This document shows, piece by piece, positions 54,950 to 64,000 of a DNA stretch of 64,000 nt (positions within the stretch are counted from its first letter, which is position 1; each line of letters begins with the position of its first letter). The translations under genes were made by a program, and so were the position numbers. This DNA is from Alphaproteobacteria bacterium. Lineage in GTDB: Bacteria > Pseudomonadota > Alphaproteobacteria > CAAHEQ01 > UBA3637. The notes beneath the pieces were generated by a model. The model saw only the letters and a list, made by a program, of their open reading frames with translations, did no database searches and was not told the DNA's origin. The stretch is from positions 56 to 64,055 of the forward strand of contig JAFXIF010000053.1 in NCBI GenBank assembly GCA_017533325.1, given 5' to 3'.

Positions 54950-56245
54950 TTATTCTCCAAATAAATTTCCTTGAAAGTTTTTATTTCTTTGTTGTTTTAT
55001 TTTTTTTGAAGGTTTTTCTTGATTTTTTAATGGTGAAACTTCAACTTTTTTATCGCTATACTTAATAAAGAAAGTGTCTATTGTTTCAGCTTGTTTTCCT
55101 GTTGAAATAATGTTTCCTTTTTTATCCAAAGTTAATGAAAAACCTCTTTCCAAAATAGATGTATAAGAATATGATTTTAAAAGTTTTGATAAAAACTCTA
55201 ATTTATTTTCATATCCCGTATAATAAGTTTTAACAGCATTTGCAAGTCTTTCCGTTTTGTCATCAAGCTTTTCAAAAAAAAGATTAATAATTTCATTTAA
55301 TCGCGGCATTGATTTTGAAAGAGCATCTAATTTAAGATTTTTTTCATTTATAAACCTAAATAAAGCCTCTAAATTTCTGTTTTTAAGTTGATCTAAAGTT
55401 AAAATAAGTTCAGACCTGACCGGAACGGCTTTTTCGGCTGCTCCTGTCGGTGTTGGAGCTCTTAAATCAGCAGCATAATCAATTAATGTTGTGTCTGTTT
55501 CATGGCCAACTGCTGAAATAATCGGAATATCAGAAGCTGCAACTGCGCGAACAACAATTTCTTCATTAAAACACCATAAATCTTCAAAACTGCCCCCTCC
55601 TCTTGCAACAATTAAAACATCCGGTCTTAAAAGTTTTTTGTTTTGAAAATCAATTCCTTCTTGTGGAATTTTATTAAATCCTTGAATGGCAGAAGCAATT
55701 TGTTCGGCAGCACCCTCCCCTTGAACTAATACCGGCCATAAATAAACTTGTCTTGGAAATCTGTCATTTAATCGATGCATAATATCTCGAATAACAGCTC
55801 CACTTGGGCTTGTTACAACTCCGATTGTTTCCGGTAAGTAAGGAATTTTTTTCTTTTTTGATTCATCAAACAAACCCTCTTTTTCTAATTTTTCTTTACG
55901 TTCAGCTAAAAGTTTTAATAAAGCTCCAATTCCCGCTGGTTCCGCTTTTTCAACAATCATTTGATAATTAGATCGACCGGGATATGTGGATAACTTTCCT
56001 GTGCAAACAATTTCAAGTCCATCTTCAAGTGCTGCTATAGTTGTTTTATCTTTTCCTCGCCAACAAACAGCTGATAAAACCGAATCAGCGTCTTTTAATG
56101 AAAAATAAATGTGGCCGGAGGCGGCTTTTTTTACTCCGACAACTTCTCCTTTTACTCTGATATTGCTAAAAACTTGTTCAACACAGCTTTTCAAAGAAAG
56201 CGAAATTTGTGTGACTGTTAAAATCGGATTTTGTTCTGTTTCCAT
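54950..56245 (-). CDS. xseA: Exodeoxyribonuclease VII large subunit
   Basis: An N-terminal OB fold (VKGEVVGVKKAASGHIYFSLKD) and the catalytic region ...VARGGGSFEDLWCFNEE...; 431 aa. Confidence 0.9.
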   Translation of the reverse strand: METEQNPILTVTQISLSLKSCVEQVFSNIRVKGEVVGVKKAASGHIYFSLKDADSVLSAVCWRGKDKTTIAALEDGLEIVCTGKLSTYPGRSNYQMIVEKAEPAGIGALLKLLAERKEKLEKEGLFDESKKKKIPYLPETIGVVTSPSGAVIRDIMHRLNDRFPRQVYLWPVLVQGEGAAEQIASAIQGFNKIPQEGIDFQNKKLLRPDVLIVARGGGSFEDLWCFNEEIVVRAVAASDIPIISAVGHETDTTLIDYAADLRAPTPTGAAEKAVPVRSELILTLDQLKNRNLEALFRFINEKNLKLDALSKSMPRLNEIINLFFEKLDDKTERLANAVKTYYTGYENKLEFLSKLLKSYSYTSILERGFSLTLDKKGNIISTGKQAETIDTFFIKYSDKKVEVSPLKNQEKPSKKIKQQRNKNFQGNLFGE

Positions 56246-56249
56246 AATG

Positions 56250-56708
56250 TTATATTCTTTTTTGTTTAAAAAATTGAGTTAAAATTTGACTGTTTTTTTC
56301 TTCATCAAATCCACCTTGAAAATTTGGTTTATGATGAGTTTGTGAATGTGAAAAAACTCTTGCCCCTTGTAAAACAGCGCCGGTTTTTTGATCAAAAGCT
56401 CCAAAAAAAACATTATCTAATCTTGCCCATGAAATGGCGCCGGCACACATAACACAGGGTTCTAAAGTGACAAACAAAGAGTAACCGTTTAAACGTTTCA
56501 CTTTTAATTTTTTACAAGCTTTTTGAATTACTAAAACCTCTGCATGTGCTAAAGGATTTTTTTTTGCTTCTGTTTGATTATGGGCACAAGCAATAATTTT
56601 TTTTGTTTTGGTATGATAAATAACAGCTCCAACAGGAACTTCATCTTTTTGAAAAGCTTTTAAAGCATATTGGTAAGCTATTTTTAAAATCGTTTCATTT
56701 GGGGTCAT
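56250..56708 (-). CDS. tadA: tRNA-specific adenosine deaminase
   Basis: CDA motifs HAEVLVI and PCVMCAGA. Confidence 0.9.
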   Translation of the reverse strand: MTPNETILKIAYQYALKAFQKDEVPVGAVIYHTKTKKIIACAHNQTEAKKNPLAHAEVLVIQKACKKLKVKRLNGYSLFVTLEPCVMCAGAISWARLDNVFFGAFDQKTGAVLQGARVFSHSQTHHKPNFQGGFDEEKNSQILTQFFKQKRI

Positions 56709-56751
56709 TTTTTACTTTCATCTTTTTGTTTTTTACTATAATATACCAATT

Positions 56752-57465
56752 ATGACAGAAAAGAAAGAACGAATTGCAAAAATAATGGCAGCTTGTGGAT
56801 TATGTTCCAGAAGAGTGGCAGAAGAATGGATTTTAAATGGTCGGGTGAAAGTAAACGGTGTTGTGTTGACAACCCCTGCTTTTACAGTTTCTTCCGATGA
56901 TAAAATTTTAGTGGATGATAAACCAATTGGAGATAAACAAGAAAGACGGTTATGGTGTTATCATAAACCTGTTGGATTAGTAACAACTCATAAAGATCCT
57001 CAAGGGAGAAAAACTGTTTTTGAGTCTTTACCAAAATATTTACCCCGAGTTATATCGGTGGGGCGTTTAGATTTAAATTCTGAAGGGTTATTACTATTAA
57101 CAACAGATGGTGAGTTAGCGCGAGAATTAGAGCATCCTTCAAAAGGTTGGAAAAGAAGGTATCGTGTGCGTATTCATGGAATTTTAACTCCTGATATTCA
57201 AAAACGTTTGGCTAAAGGAGTAACAATTCAAGGAATAAGATACGCTCCTTGTGAAGCTGTTGTTGAACAAGTAAAAGGAACAAACAGTTGGATTTCAATA
57301 ACCTTAACAGAGGGAAAGAATAGAGAAATCAGAAAATTAATGGCTTTTTTCGGATTAGATGTTACCCGTTTAATCAGAGTTTCTTATGGGCCTTTTCAAT
57401 TAGGTAACCTATCAAAAGGTGAAGTAAGAGAAGTTTCAAAAAAAGCAATGAAAGAGTTATTATGA
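56752..57465 (+). CDS. Pseudouridine synthase, RsuA/RluB family, with S4 domain
   Basis: An S4 domain (RIAKIMAACGLCSRRVAEEWILNGRVKVNG) and catalytic GRLDLNSEGLLLLT. Confidence 0.85.
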   Translation: MTEKKERIAKIMAACGLCSRRVAEEWILNGRVKVNGVVLTTPAFTVSSDDKILVDDKPIGDKQERRLWCYHKPVGLVTTHKDPQGRKTVFESLPKYLPRVISVGRLDLNSEGLLLLTTDGELARELEHPSKGWKRRYRVRIHGILTPDIQKRLAKGVTIQGIRYAPCEAVVEQVKGTNSWISITLTEGKNREIRKLMAFFGLDVTRLIRVSYGPFQLGNLSKGEVREVSKKAMKELL

Positions 57466-58010
57466 GAGTTATATCGGGCGTTTTTCGGGGGAAAAAGTTG
57501 CTGGCTGCAGATGAAAGTATTACACGCCCAACATCTGATAGAGCAAAAGAAGGTTTATTTAATATTTTAAACCATCACCTTTTACTTTTAAATAAATCTT
57601 GGCCCGATATATGTTTTTTAGATGTTTTCTCAGGTTCCGGAGGTATGGGAATTGAGGCTTTTTCAAGGGGCTCAAAAAAAGTTTTTTTATTTGAAAAAAA
57701 TAAAGAAGCATTAAAATGTATCCGCCAAAATATTTTAAATATGAAAGATATAAAAGTTATAATTGGTGATGCTTGTTTGCCTCCTGTATCATCAGAATGT
57801 GCTGATATTATTTTTTTTGATCCACCTTATGGAAAAGGTTTGTGGCAAAAATCATTAATTCAATTTCAAAAAAACGGTTGGATAGATAATCAAACACTTG
57901 TTATTGTTGAAACAGATAAATTAATTCAAGAAGAAATACCGGATTCTTTTGAAATCACAAGAACTCAATCCTACGGAAGAAATCTTTTTTTGTTTTTAAA
58001 AGGGAAATAG
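57462..58010 (+). CDS. rsmD: 16S rRNA (guanine966-N2)-methyltransferase RsmD
   Basis: RPTSDRAKEGLFNIL, DVFSGSGGMGIEA and DPPY. Confidence 0.85.
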   Translation: MRVISGVFRGKKLLAADESITRPTSDRAKEGLFNILNHHLLLLNKSWPDICFLDVFSGSGGMGIEAFSRGSKKVFLFEKNKEALKCIRQNILNMKDIKVIIGDACLPPVSSECADIIFFDPPYGKGLWQKSLIQFQKNGWIDNQTLVIVETDKLIQEEIPDSFEITRTQSYGRNLFLFLKGK

Positions 58011-58124
58011 GATGTTGGTTTGAATTAAAAACTTGAAAGATTATATAAATTTTAAACAGTTTTTTATATGCTTTAATGGTGCTGTTACATTTATTAATTC
58101 TTTATTCGAGTGAAAGGGGTATAA

Positions 58125-60101
58125 ATGAAGGAAATGTTATCAAAAATGGCAAATGCCGTCAGATTTTTATCAGTAGATATGATTGAAAAAGCAAAATCCG
58201 GTCACCCTGGAATGCCTTTAGGTATGGCTGATGTTGCAACAGTTTTATGGTCGAAGTTTTTAAAAATTGATCCTTCAAACCCTTTGTGGATAAATAGAGA
58301 TAGATTTATTTTATCTAACGGGCATGGCTCCGCACTTCTTTATAGTTTAATGTATTTAACCGGTTTTGAAGATGTTTCTTTAGATGAACTTAAAAATTTC
58401 AGACAGTTGGGAAGTAAAACTGCTGGACATCCTGAAAAACATTTGATTAGAGGAATTGATTTTTCGACTGGACCTTTAGGTCAAGGAATTGCAGGAGCTG
58501 TTGGGATGGCTCTTTCTGAAAGACTTTTAAATGCCAGATTTGGAGATGATTTAATTAACCATAAAACTTATGTTTTTGTTGGCGATGGTTGCTTAATGGA
58601 GGGGATTTCAGAAGAAGCAATTTCTTTAGCCGGTCATTGGAATTTAAAAAATTTAATTGTTCTTTGGGATGATAATTCAATCACAATTGATGGAAATACA
58701 AGTATCACTTCTTCAACTGATATGAAAAAACGCTTTGAAGCAAACGGATGGAAAATTTTTGTTTGTGATGGTCATCATTTTGAATCAATTGAAGCCGCTT
58801 TAAAAGGCGCTATTATCTCTGATAAACCTGTTTTAATTGATTGCAAAACAATGATTGGATATGGAGCGCCCACAAAAGGTGGAACTCCTTCTTGCCATGG
58901 CTCCCCTCTTGGAATAGATGAAGTTAAAGGTTTAAGAGAAAATTTAAAATGGAATTATGAACCTTTTGAAATTCCACAAGATATTTTAACTGCTTGGAAA
59001 GATAGTGTTAAATCTCATCAAAAATTATATACTGATTGGGAAGAAATTTTAAAAAATCATCCTAAAAAAGAAGAATTTTTATCATTAATCACTAAGCAAA
59101 TACCTTCACAGCTTAAAAATGAGTTAATTTCATTTAAGGAAAAAGAAATTAAAGACAAGAAACCATTAGCAACAAGAAAATCATCTCAAAATGTTTTAGA
59201 TATTTTATTAAAAAATTGTTCGTTTTTATTATCCGGTTCTGCAGATTTAGCAGGGGCATGTTACACAAAACCATTCTCCGCACATCCTGTTTCAAAAGAT
59301 GATTTTAACGGCAATTATATTCATTATGGTATCAGAGAACATGCTATGGGAGCAATTATGAATGGAATTGCTTCTTATGGGGCGTTTTTACCCTTATCCA
59401 GCACTTTTTTGTCATTTGTTGATTATATGAAGCCTGCTCTTCGTTTAGGGGCATTAATGCAAGAACAAGAAATATATATTTTAACTCATGATTCTTTAGG
59501 GGTGGGTGAAGATGGGCCGACTCATCAACCGATTGAACAACTGGCTATGTTGAGGGCAATGCCAAATGTAACAGTTTTTAGGCCGGCTGACAGTGTTGAA
59601 ACGGCTGAATGTTATGAACTTGCTTTACAAAGTAAAAAAACGCCTTGTGTTATTGTTTGTTCGCGTCAAGAGTTACCTGTTTTAAGAAAAGATTATAAAA
59701 TGAATATGTCTTTCTTTGGTGGATATGTTATCAGTGAATCTTTAGGAGAAAGAGATGTAACCTTAATTGCAACCGGATCGGAAGTATCTTTAGCTGTTGA
59801 AGCTCAAAAATCACTGCAAAAACAAGGGATAAATGTGGCGGTTGTGTCGATGCCAAGTCGTGAACTTTTTGAAAAGCAATCCATTGAATATCAAATGTTT
59901 ATTTTAGGAAAAGCACCTCATTTAATCATTGAAGCAGCCTCTTCTTTCGGATGGGACAGATTTATCGGAGAAACAGGCGCTATTTTATCTGTTGATACAT
60001 TTGGAGCATCCGGAAATGGGAAAAAAGTTTTAGAAAAATTTGGATTTAGTGTGGAAAATATTGAAAATATTGTGAAAGAACTTATCTCATTAAAAGATTA
60101 A
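58125..60101 (+). CDS. tkt: Transketolase
   Basis: SGHPGMPLGMADV, ThDP motif GDGCLMEGISEEA and HDSLGVGEDGPTHQP; 658 aa. Confidence 0.95.
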   Translation: MKEMLSKMANAVRFLSVDMIEKAKSGHPGMPLGMADVATVLWSKFLKIDPSNPLWINRDRFILSNGHGSALLYSLMYLTGFEDVSLDELKNFRQLGSKTAGHPEKHLIRGIDFSTGPLGQGIAGAVGMALSERLLNARFGDDLINHKTYVFVGDGCLMEGISEEAISLAGHWNLKNLIVLWDDNSITIDGNTSITSSTDMKKRFEANGWKIFVCDGHHFESIEAALKGAIISDKPVLIDCKTMIGYGAPTKGGTPSCHGSPLGIDEVKGLRENLKWNYEPFEIPQDILTAWKDSVKSHQKLYTDWEEILKNHPKKEEFLSLITKQIPSQLKNELISFKEKEIKDKKPLATRKSSQNVLDILLKNCSFLLSGSADLAGACYTKPFSAHPVSKDDFNGNYIHYGIREHAMGAIMNGIASYGAFLPLSSTFLSFVDYMKPALRLGALMQEQEIYILTHDSLGVGEDGPTHQPIEQLAMLRAMPNVTVFRPADSVETAECYELALQSKKTPCVIVCSRQELPVLRKDYKMNMSFFGGYVISESLGERDVTLIATGSEVSLAVEAQKSLQKQGINVAVVSMPSRELFEKQSIEYQMFILGKAPHLIIEAASSFGWDRFIGETGAILSVDTFGASGNGKKVLEKFGFSVENIENIVKELISLKD

Positions 60102-60124
60102 AAAAATCTTTTAATGAGGGGATT

Positions 60125-61069
60125 ATGAATTTAAAAAAACATTCTACGCTATGGGTTGCCCAAAAATTAATTACAAAAGAGCAACAACAAAAAATATTAA
60201 AACAAGAGGATAAACGATTTTTACCGTTTGTCCTCTTAACTTTTATTTGGATTGGTATATTTTGTTGTTGTGTAGGGTTGTTTTCTCTTGGGTATGAACA
60301 TTGGGATAAAATACCTGTTTTTTTTAAAGGGTGTGTATTTATTTTATTAAGTTTAACTCTTCTTTTTTTAGGATATAAAGCAACAAAAACAAGAAAAAAA
60401 TTTCTTTTAGAAGTTGTTTTGTTTCTCGCATTTTTTATGATTGGCGGAGGGATAGGAATTTTTTCTCAAATTTTTAATTTACCTTTAACTCATATAAACG
60501 GAATTTTATTTTGGGCGCTTCTTTCGTTTATTTTGGTTTTTTTATCTAAACGAGAGTTTTTATTTTTGCTATGGATTCCGTTATTTTTGGGTGGCATTTT
60601 AGGGTCTTTAAAATTAGAATTATTATTTTTATTTTTTGAACAATCTCCATTATTTTCAATATGTTTGATTGAGGGAATGTTGTTTTTACTTATTTTTATA
60701 ACAAAAAATTTGAACACTCATTTTTTTAGAGCTGTTTATAAATGGAGTGTTTTGTTATATTTTGTTTTTTTATTTTTATCACTAAGAGAATTTTCCTCTT
60801 TTTCAGAATCGATTATTTTATTTTTATTTTTCAGCCTTCTTTTATTTGCTGTTTCCATTAAAGAAAAAAGGATTCATTTATTTAATGTCACAAGTTTTTT
60901 TGTGTTAATCAGGCTTGTTTATTTATATGTTGAACTTTTTAACAATAAACATATTGCAGGAATATGGTTTTTATTTATAGGTGGTTTCCTTTTGGCGTTT
61001 GTTTTAGGGTGGTTATTTTTTGAAAACAAAATATCTTCAAATAAAGAGAATGTTTTGATTAAAAATTAA
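60125..61069 (+). CDS. Hypothetical polytopic membrane protein
   Basis: 314 aa with roughly 9 hydrophobic segments. Confidence 0.5.
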   Translation: MNLKKHSTLWVAQKLITKEQQQKILKQEDKRFLPFVLLTFIWIGIFCCCVGLFSLGYEHWDKIPVFFKGCVFILLSLTLLFLGYKATKTRKKFLLEVVLFLAFFMIGGGIGIFSQIFNLPLTHINGILFWALLSFILVFLSKREFLFLLWIPLFLGGILGSLKLELLFLFFEQSPLFSICLIEGMLFLLIFITKNLNTHFFRAVYKWSVLLYFVFLFLSLREFSSFSESIILFLFFSLLLFAVSIKEKRIHLFNVTSFFVLIRLVYLYVELFNNKHIAGIWFLFIGGFLLAFVLGWLFFENKISSNKENVLIKN

Positions 61070-61076
61070 AAAATTA

Positions 61077-61105
61077 TTGATTTTTTCACGGTTTCTTTGT
61101 ATAAA
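61077..61105 (+). promoter_or_regulatory. Possible sigma70-like promoter for fba (TTGATT-N17-TATAAA)
   Basis: TTGATT at 61077-61082 and TATAAA at 61100-61105. Confidence 0.35.
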
Positions 61106-61155
61106 GGGAACAGAAATTATCATTCTTAACAAGACTATACTGAAAGGATAAAAAA

Positions 61156-62220
61156 ATGGCTTTAGTTTCTTTGCGACAATTATTAGACCATGCTGCAGAA
61201 TATGGTTATGGTATTCCGGCATTTAACGTAAACAACATGGAACAGGTGTTGGCTATTTTAGCTGCTGCACAAAAAACAAATTCTCCAGTTATCATTCAAG
61301 CCAGTAAAGGGGCAAGAGCTTATGCTAATGATGCTGTTTTAAAACATTTAATGATGGCTGGTGTTGAAATGTATCCTGATTTGCCGATTTGTGTTCATCA
61401 AGATCATGGTTCAAGTCCTGAAGTTTGCTATTCTGCTATGATGAACGGGTTTACATCTGTTATGATGGATGGTTCGTTAACATTAGATGGGCAACCGGCT
61501 TCTCATGAATATAATGCAAAAGTCACCGGTGAAGTGACTTCTGTTGCTCATCCGGTCGGTGTTTCTGTTGAAGGGGAATTAGGTTGTATCGGTTCTCTTG
61601 AAACAGGTAAGGGTGAAAAAGAAGATGGTCACGGTTTTGATGGTGAAATTGATAAATCAAAACTTTTAACAGATCCGGACGATGCTGTTCGTTTTGTTGA
61701 AGAAACAAAGGTGGATGCTTTGGCAGTTGCCATCGGAACAAGCCATGGGGCTTATAAATTTACCCGTAAACCGGATGGCGCAATTTTGTCAATTGATACA
61801 ATTAAGAAAATTCATGAAAAATTGCCATATACACACTTAGTTATGCATGGTTCTTCATCAGTTCCACAAGATTTGCAAGATATTATTAATGCTTATGGTG
61901 GGCAAATGCCTCAAACATACGGGGTTCCTGTTGAAGAAATTCAAGAAGCCATTAAACATGGGGTTCGCAAGGTAAATGTGGATACGGATTTAAGAATGGC
62001 TATGACCGGTGCTATCCGTAAATTATATACTGAAAAACCGGCTGAATTTGATCCGCGTAAATATTTAAAACCGGCATTAGATGCTATGCAAAAAGTTTGT
62101 GAAGAACGCTATGTTCAATTTGGAGCAGCAGGTCATGCGTCACAAATTAAACCAATTTCATTGGCAGATATGGCAAAACGTTATAAGTCCGGTGAATTGG
62201 ACCCGAAAATCGTTAAATAA
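61156..62220 (+). CDS. fba: Fructose-bisphosphate aldolase, class II
   Basis: [17 protein letters not shown] and HGSS; 354 aa. Confidence 0.9.
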   Translation: MALVSLRQLLDHAAEYGYGIPAFNVNNMEQVLAILAAAQKTNSPVIIQASKGARAYANDAVLKHLMMAGVEMYPDLPICVHQDHGSSPEVCYSAMMNGFTSVMMDGSLTLDGQPASHEYNAKVTGEVTSVAHPVGVSVEGELGCIGSLETGKGEKEDGHGFDGEIDKSKLLTDPDDAVRFVEETKVDALAVAIGTSHGAYKFTRKPDGAILSIDTIKKIHEKLPYTHLVMHGSSSVPQDLQDIINAYGGQMPQTYGVPVEEIQEAIKHGVRKVNVDTDLRMAMTGAIRKLYTEKPAEFDPRKYLKPALDAMQKVCEERYVQFGAAGHASQIKPISLADMAKRYKSGELDPKIVK

Positions 62221-62279
62221 TAAAATAAAAAAAGGGAAGAGGTTTATCCCCTTCCCTTTTCTTTTTTTTTGAGGGAAAA

Positions 62280-62918
62280 ATGGTTTTAATTGCTCCAAGT
62301 ATTTTATCGGCGGACTTTTCTTGTTTAGGAAAAGAGATAGTTAAATTAAATGATGCCGGTGCTGATTTAATTCATATTGATGTAATGGACGGAGTTTTTG
62401 TTCCGAATTTAACATTTGGAGCCCCTGTTGTTAAATCAATTCGGCCATATTCAAAGTTGCCGTTTGATGTTCATTTAATGGTGGAAAAACCTTCTATTTT
62501 AATTAAAGATTTTGCTGATGCCGGAGCAGATTTTATTACCGTTCATTTGGAATGCAAAGAAGAAATCCCTTTTTTAATTTCTTTAATAAAAAAAGAAAAG
62601 AAAAAAGTAGGATTATCAATTAAACCAAACACAAAAGTTTCTGATATTTTGCCATATATACCGGATATTGATTTGATATTGGTTATGTCTGTTGAGCCTG
62701 GATTCGGAGGTCAAAAATTTCAACAAGAAGCTATTAAAAAAATTGCTGATTTAAAAGAGTTAATCGGAAGAAAAAAAGTTTTAATTTCCGTTGATGGTGG
62801 GATTAATGATGTAACCGCTCCAGCTTGTGTCTATGCCGGTGCGGATATTTTGGTTGCCGGAAGTTATGTTTTTAAAAATAAGCCGTATAAAAAAGCAATT
62901 GAAAAGTTAAAGAGGTAA
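62280..62918 (+). CDS. rpe: Ribulose-phosphate 3-epimerase
   Basis: APSILSADF, HIDVMDG, VHLMV, MSVEPGFGGQKF and VDGG. Confidence 0.93.
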   Translation: MVLIAPSILSADFSCLGKEIVKLNDAGADLIHIDVMDGVFVPNLTFGAPVVKSIRPYSKLPFDVHLMVEKPSILIKDFADAGADFITVHLECKEEIPFLISLIKKEKKKVGLSIKPNTKVSDILPYIPDIDLILVMSVEPGFGGQKFQQEAIKKIADLKELIGRKKVLISVDGGINDVTAPACVYAGADILVAGSYVFKNKPYKKAIEKLKR

Positions 62919-62921
62919 TGA

Positions 62922-63623
62922 ATGACAAAAATAATGATTGTGGAAGATGAAACCGCATTGGTGACTCTTTTAAAATACAATCTTGAAAAGCAAGGATATG
63001 AAACCATTACGGTTATGGATGGTAAAGATGTGATATCAACAGCTTTAGAAGAAAAACCAGACTTGGTTCTTTTAGATTGGATGTTGCCAAATGTTCAAGG
63101 AATTGATATTTGCCGTGAAATGCGAAGAACATACGAATTACGCAGTACTCCAATTATTATGTTGACGGCCAGGGGAGAAGAAGCGGATAAAGTTCGAGGT
63201 CTTTCTTTTGGTGCAGATGATTATATGACAAAACCTTACTCAATTCCTGAATTAATGGCAAGAATTGGCGCTCTTCTTCGACGGGTTCAACCAGAAAACA
63301 GGCAAGATAATTTATCCTATGAAGATTTAACAATGGATTTTGCCAAACGTAGGGTTATGCGAGGGGATAGAGCTGTTCATTTGGGACCGACAGAATTCAG
63401 ATTACTTCAATATTTAATGGAAAAACCAGGTATTGTTCTTTCTCGCGAATCGCTTTTAAAGCTTGTTTGGGGTGGATCTATCCATGTGGAGCTTCGAACA
63501 GTTGATGTGCATATCAGACGGTTAAGACGGGCTTTAAATGAGGGGGGAGAACAAGATATTATTAGAACAGTTCGTTCTGCTGGATATGCTCTTGATTATT
63601 CTGCAACAGATGATGATGAATAA
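62922..63623 (+). CDS. phoB: OmpR/PhoB-family response regulator
   Basis: A receiver domain (DLVLLDWMLP) and a winged-helix output domain (VDVHIRRLRRAL, IRTVRSAGYAL). The PhoB assignment is by similarity of these motifs only. Confidence 0.7.
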   Translation: MTKIMIVEDETALVTLLKYNLEKQGYETITVMDGKDVISTALEEKPDLVLLDWMLPNVQGIDICREMRRTYELRSTPIIMLTARGEEADKVRGLSFGADDYMTKPYSIPELMARIGALLRRVQPENRQDNLSYEDLTMDFAKRRVMRGDRAVHLGPTEFRLLQYLMEKPGIVLSRESLLKLVWGGSIHVELRTVDVHIRRLRRALNEGGEQDIIRTVRSAGYALDYSATDDDE

Positions 63624-63633
63624 TTTATCTTAA

Positions 63634-63665
63634 CAAAAAAACTCCTTGAAAAAGGAGTTTTTTTA
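63634..63665. terminator. Bidirectional terminator between phoB and tRNA-Ser
   Basis: ACTCCTT-GAAA-AAGGAGT with an A-run and a T-run. Confidence 0.65.
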
Positions 63666-63689
63666 TGAATATTTGGTTCAAAATAATTT

Positions 63690-63781
63690 TGGCGGAGAGG
63701 AAGGGATTCGAACCCCCGATACTGTAAACCAGTATACATGATTTCGAGTCACGCGCATTCAACCAGCTCTGCCACCTCTCC
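63690..63781 (-). tRNA. tRNA-Ser (anticodon CGA), long variable arm, CCA encoded
   Basis: The reverse complement is GGAGAGGTGGCAGAGCTGGTTGAATGCGCGTGACTCGAAATCATGTATACTGGTTTACAGTATCGGGGGTTCGAATCCCTTCCTCTCCGCCA. Anticodon loop CTCGAAA; acceptor GGAGAGG/CCTCTCC. Confidence 0.85.
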
Positions 63782-63845
63782 ACATAACGGACCGCAGATG
63801 TTACCATCCCTATCCTAAAAAAAACTCTCAATCATGTATTTTTGC
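63745..63845 (-). repeat. Direct repeat copy A: 5' half of tRNA-Ser plus about 65 nt of its upstream region
   Basis: About 90% identical to 63901-64000. Confidence 0.7.
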
Positions 63846-63900
63846 TTTCGCAAACACATGATTTGTCCTCGGGGATTAACCCCTCGTTCCACTTCGTGAC

Positions 63901-64000
63901 CGAGTCAGCTTATTCAACCAGCTCTGCCACCTCTTAAACATAACGGACCGCAGATGTTACCATCCCTATCCTAAAAAAACTCTCAATCATGTATTTTTGC
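63901..64000 (-). pseudogene. Direct repeat copy B: degenerate tRNA-Ser 5' half plus upstream region (truncated by the window edge)
   Basis: ATTCAACCAGCTCTGCCACCTCT...ATAACGGACCGCAGATGTTACCATCCCTATCCTAAAAAAACTCTCAATCATGTATTTTTGC repeats copy A. The acceptor 5' strand is mutated (TTAAGAGG), and the adjacent 3' sequence (63850-63900) does not fold as a tRNA. Confidence 0.5.

Noticed and set aside
63850-63935. A second intact tRNA-Ser gene.
   Set aside because: The acceptor 5' strand is mutated, the anticodon stem does not pair, and no canonical T-arm or 3' acceptor strand exists. It is treated as a degenerate duplicate.

Overview
The window is AT-rich (about 30% GC by eye) and densely coding. 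It looks like an alphaproteobacterial chromosome, probably from an intracellular Rickettsiales/Holosporales-like organism. That placement is an inference from several features: an alpha-type GAAC-N7-GAAC SOS box at recA, an hsp20-DUF1150 pair, rpoH, an isolated virB3-virB4 pair, ankyrin/Sel1/MORN repeat proteins and a Pmp-repeat autotransporter.

Most genes are housekeeping: accA, rpsT, recA, rnr, dnaA, an Mla/MCE-type ABC operon, rpoH, map, radC, holA, lptE, miaA, mutS, gatCAB, rsmG-parA-parB, dnaQ, trxB, greA, xseA, tadA, rsmD, tkt, fba, rpe, phoB, tRNA-Gly and tRNA-Ser.

The standout is a 1.45-kb ORF-free, very AT-rich spacer between gatB and parB. It carries 12 tandem copies (11 perfect) of the canonical parS palindrome TGTTTCACGTGAAACA. 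Three more perfect copies follow: one on the rsmG start codon, one in the next intergenic gap and one inside a hypothetical gene. That gives 15 sites in 4.25 kb. Eight of the 15 sit inside longer perfect palindromes (24-34 bp) whose flanks differ from site to site.

About 1 kb beyond the last parS, the dnaQ-trxB gap holds a cluster of DnaA boxes and three closely spaced GANTC sites. This is a candidate oriC, about 29 kb from dnaA.

Other points:
- a 5'-complete autotransporter gene at the left edge that the ORF track missed
- a cobB fragment and a tRNA-Gly 3' fragment bracketing a small accessory segment of secreted or metalloprotease-like genes
- an apparent poly-A frameshift at the start of a Sel1-repeat gene
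- a partial tandem duplication of tRNA-Ser at the right edge

All calls are from reading the sequence and the ORF translations. No searches were run.
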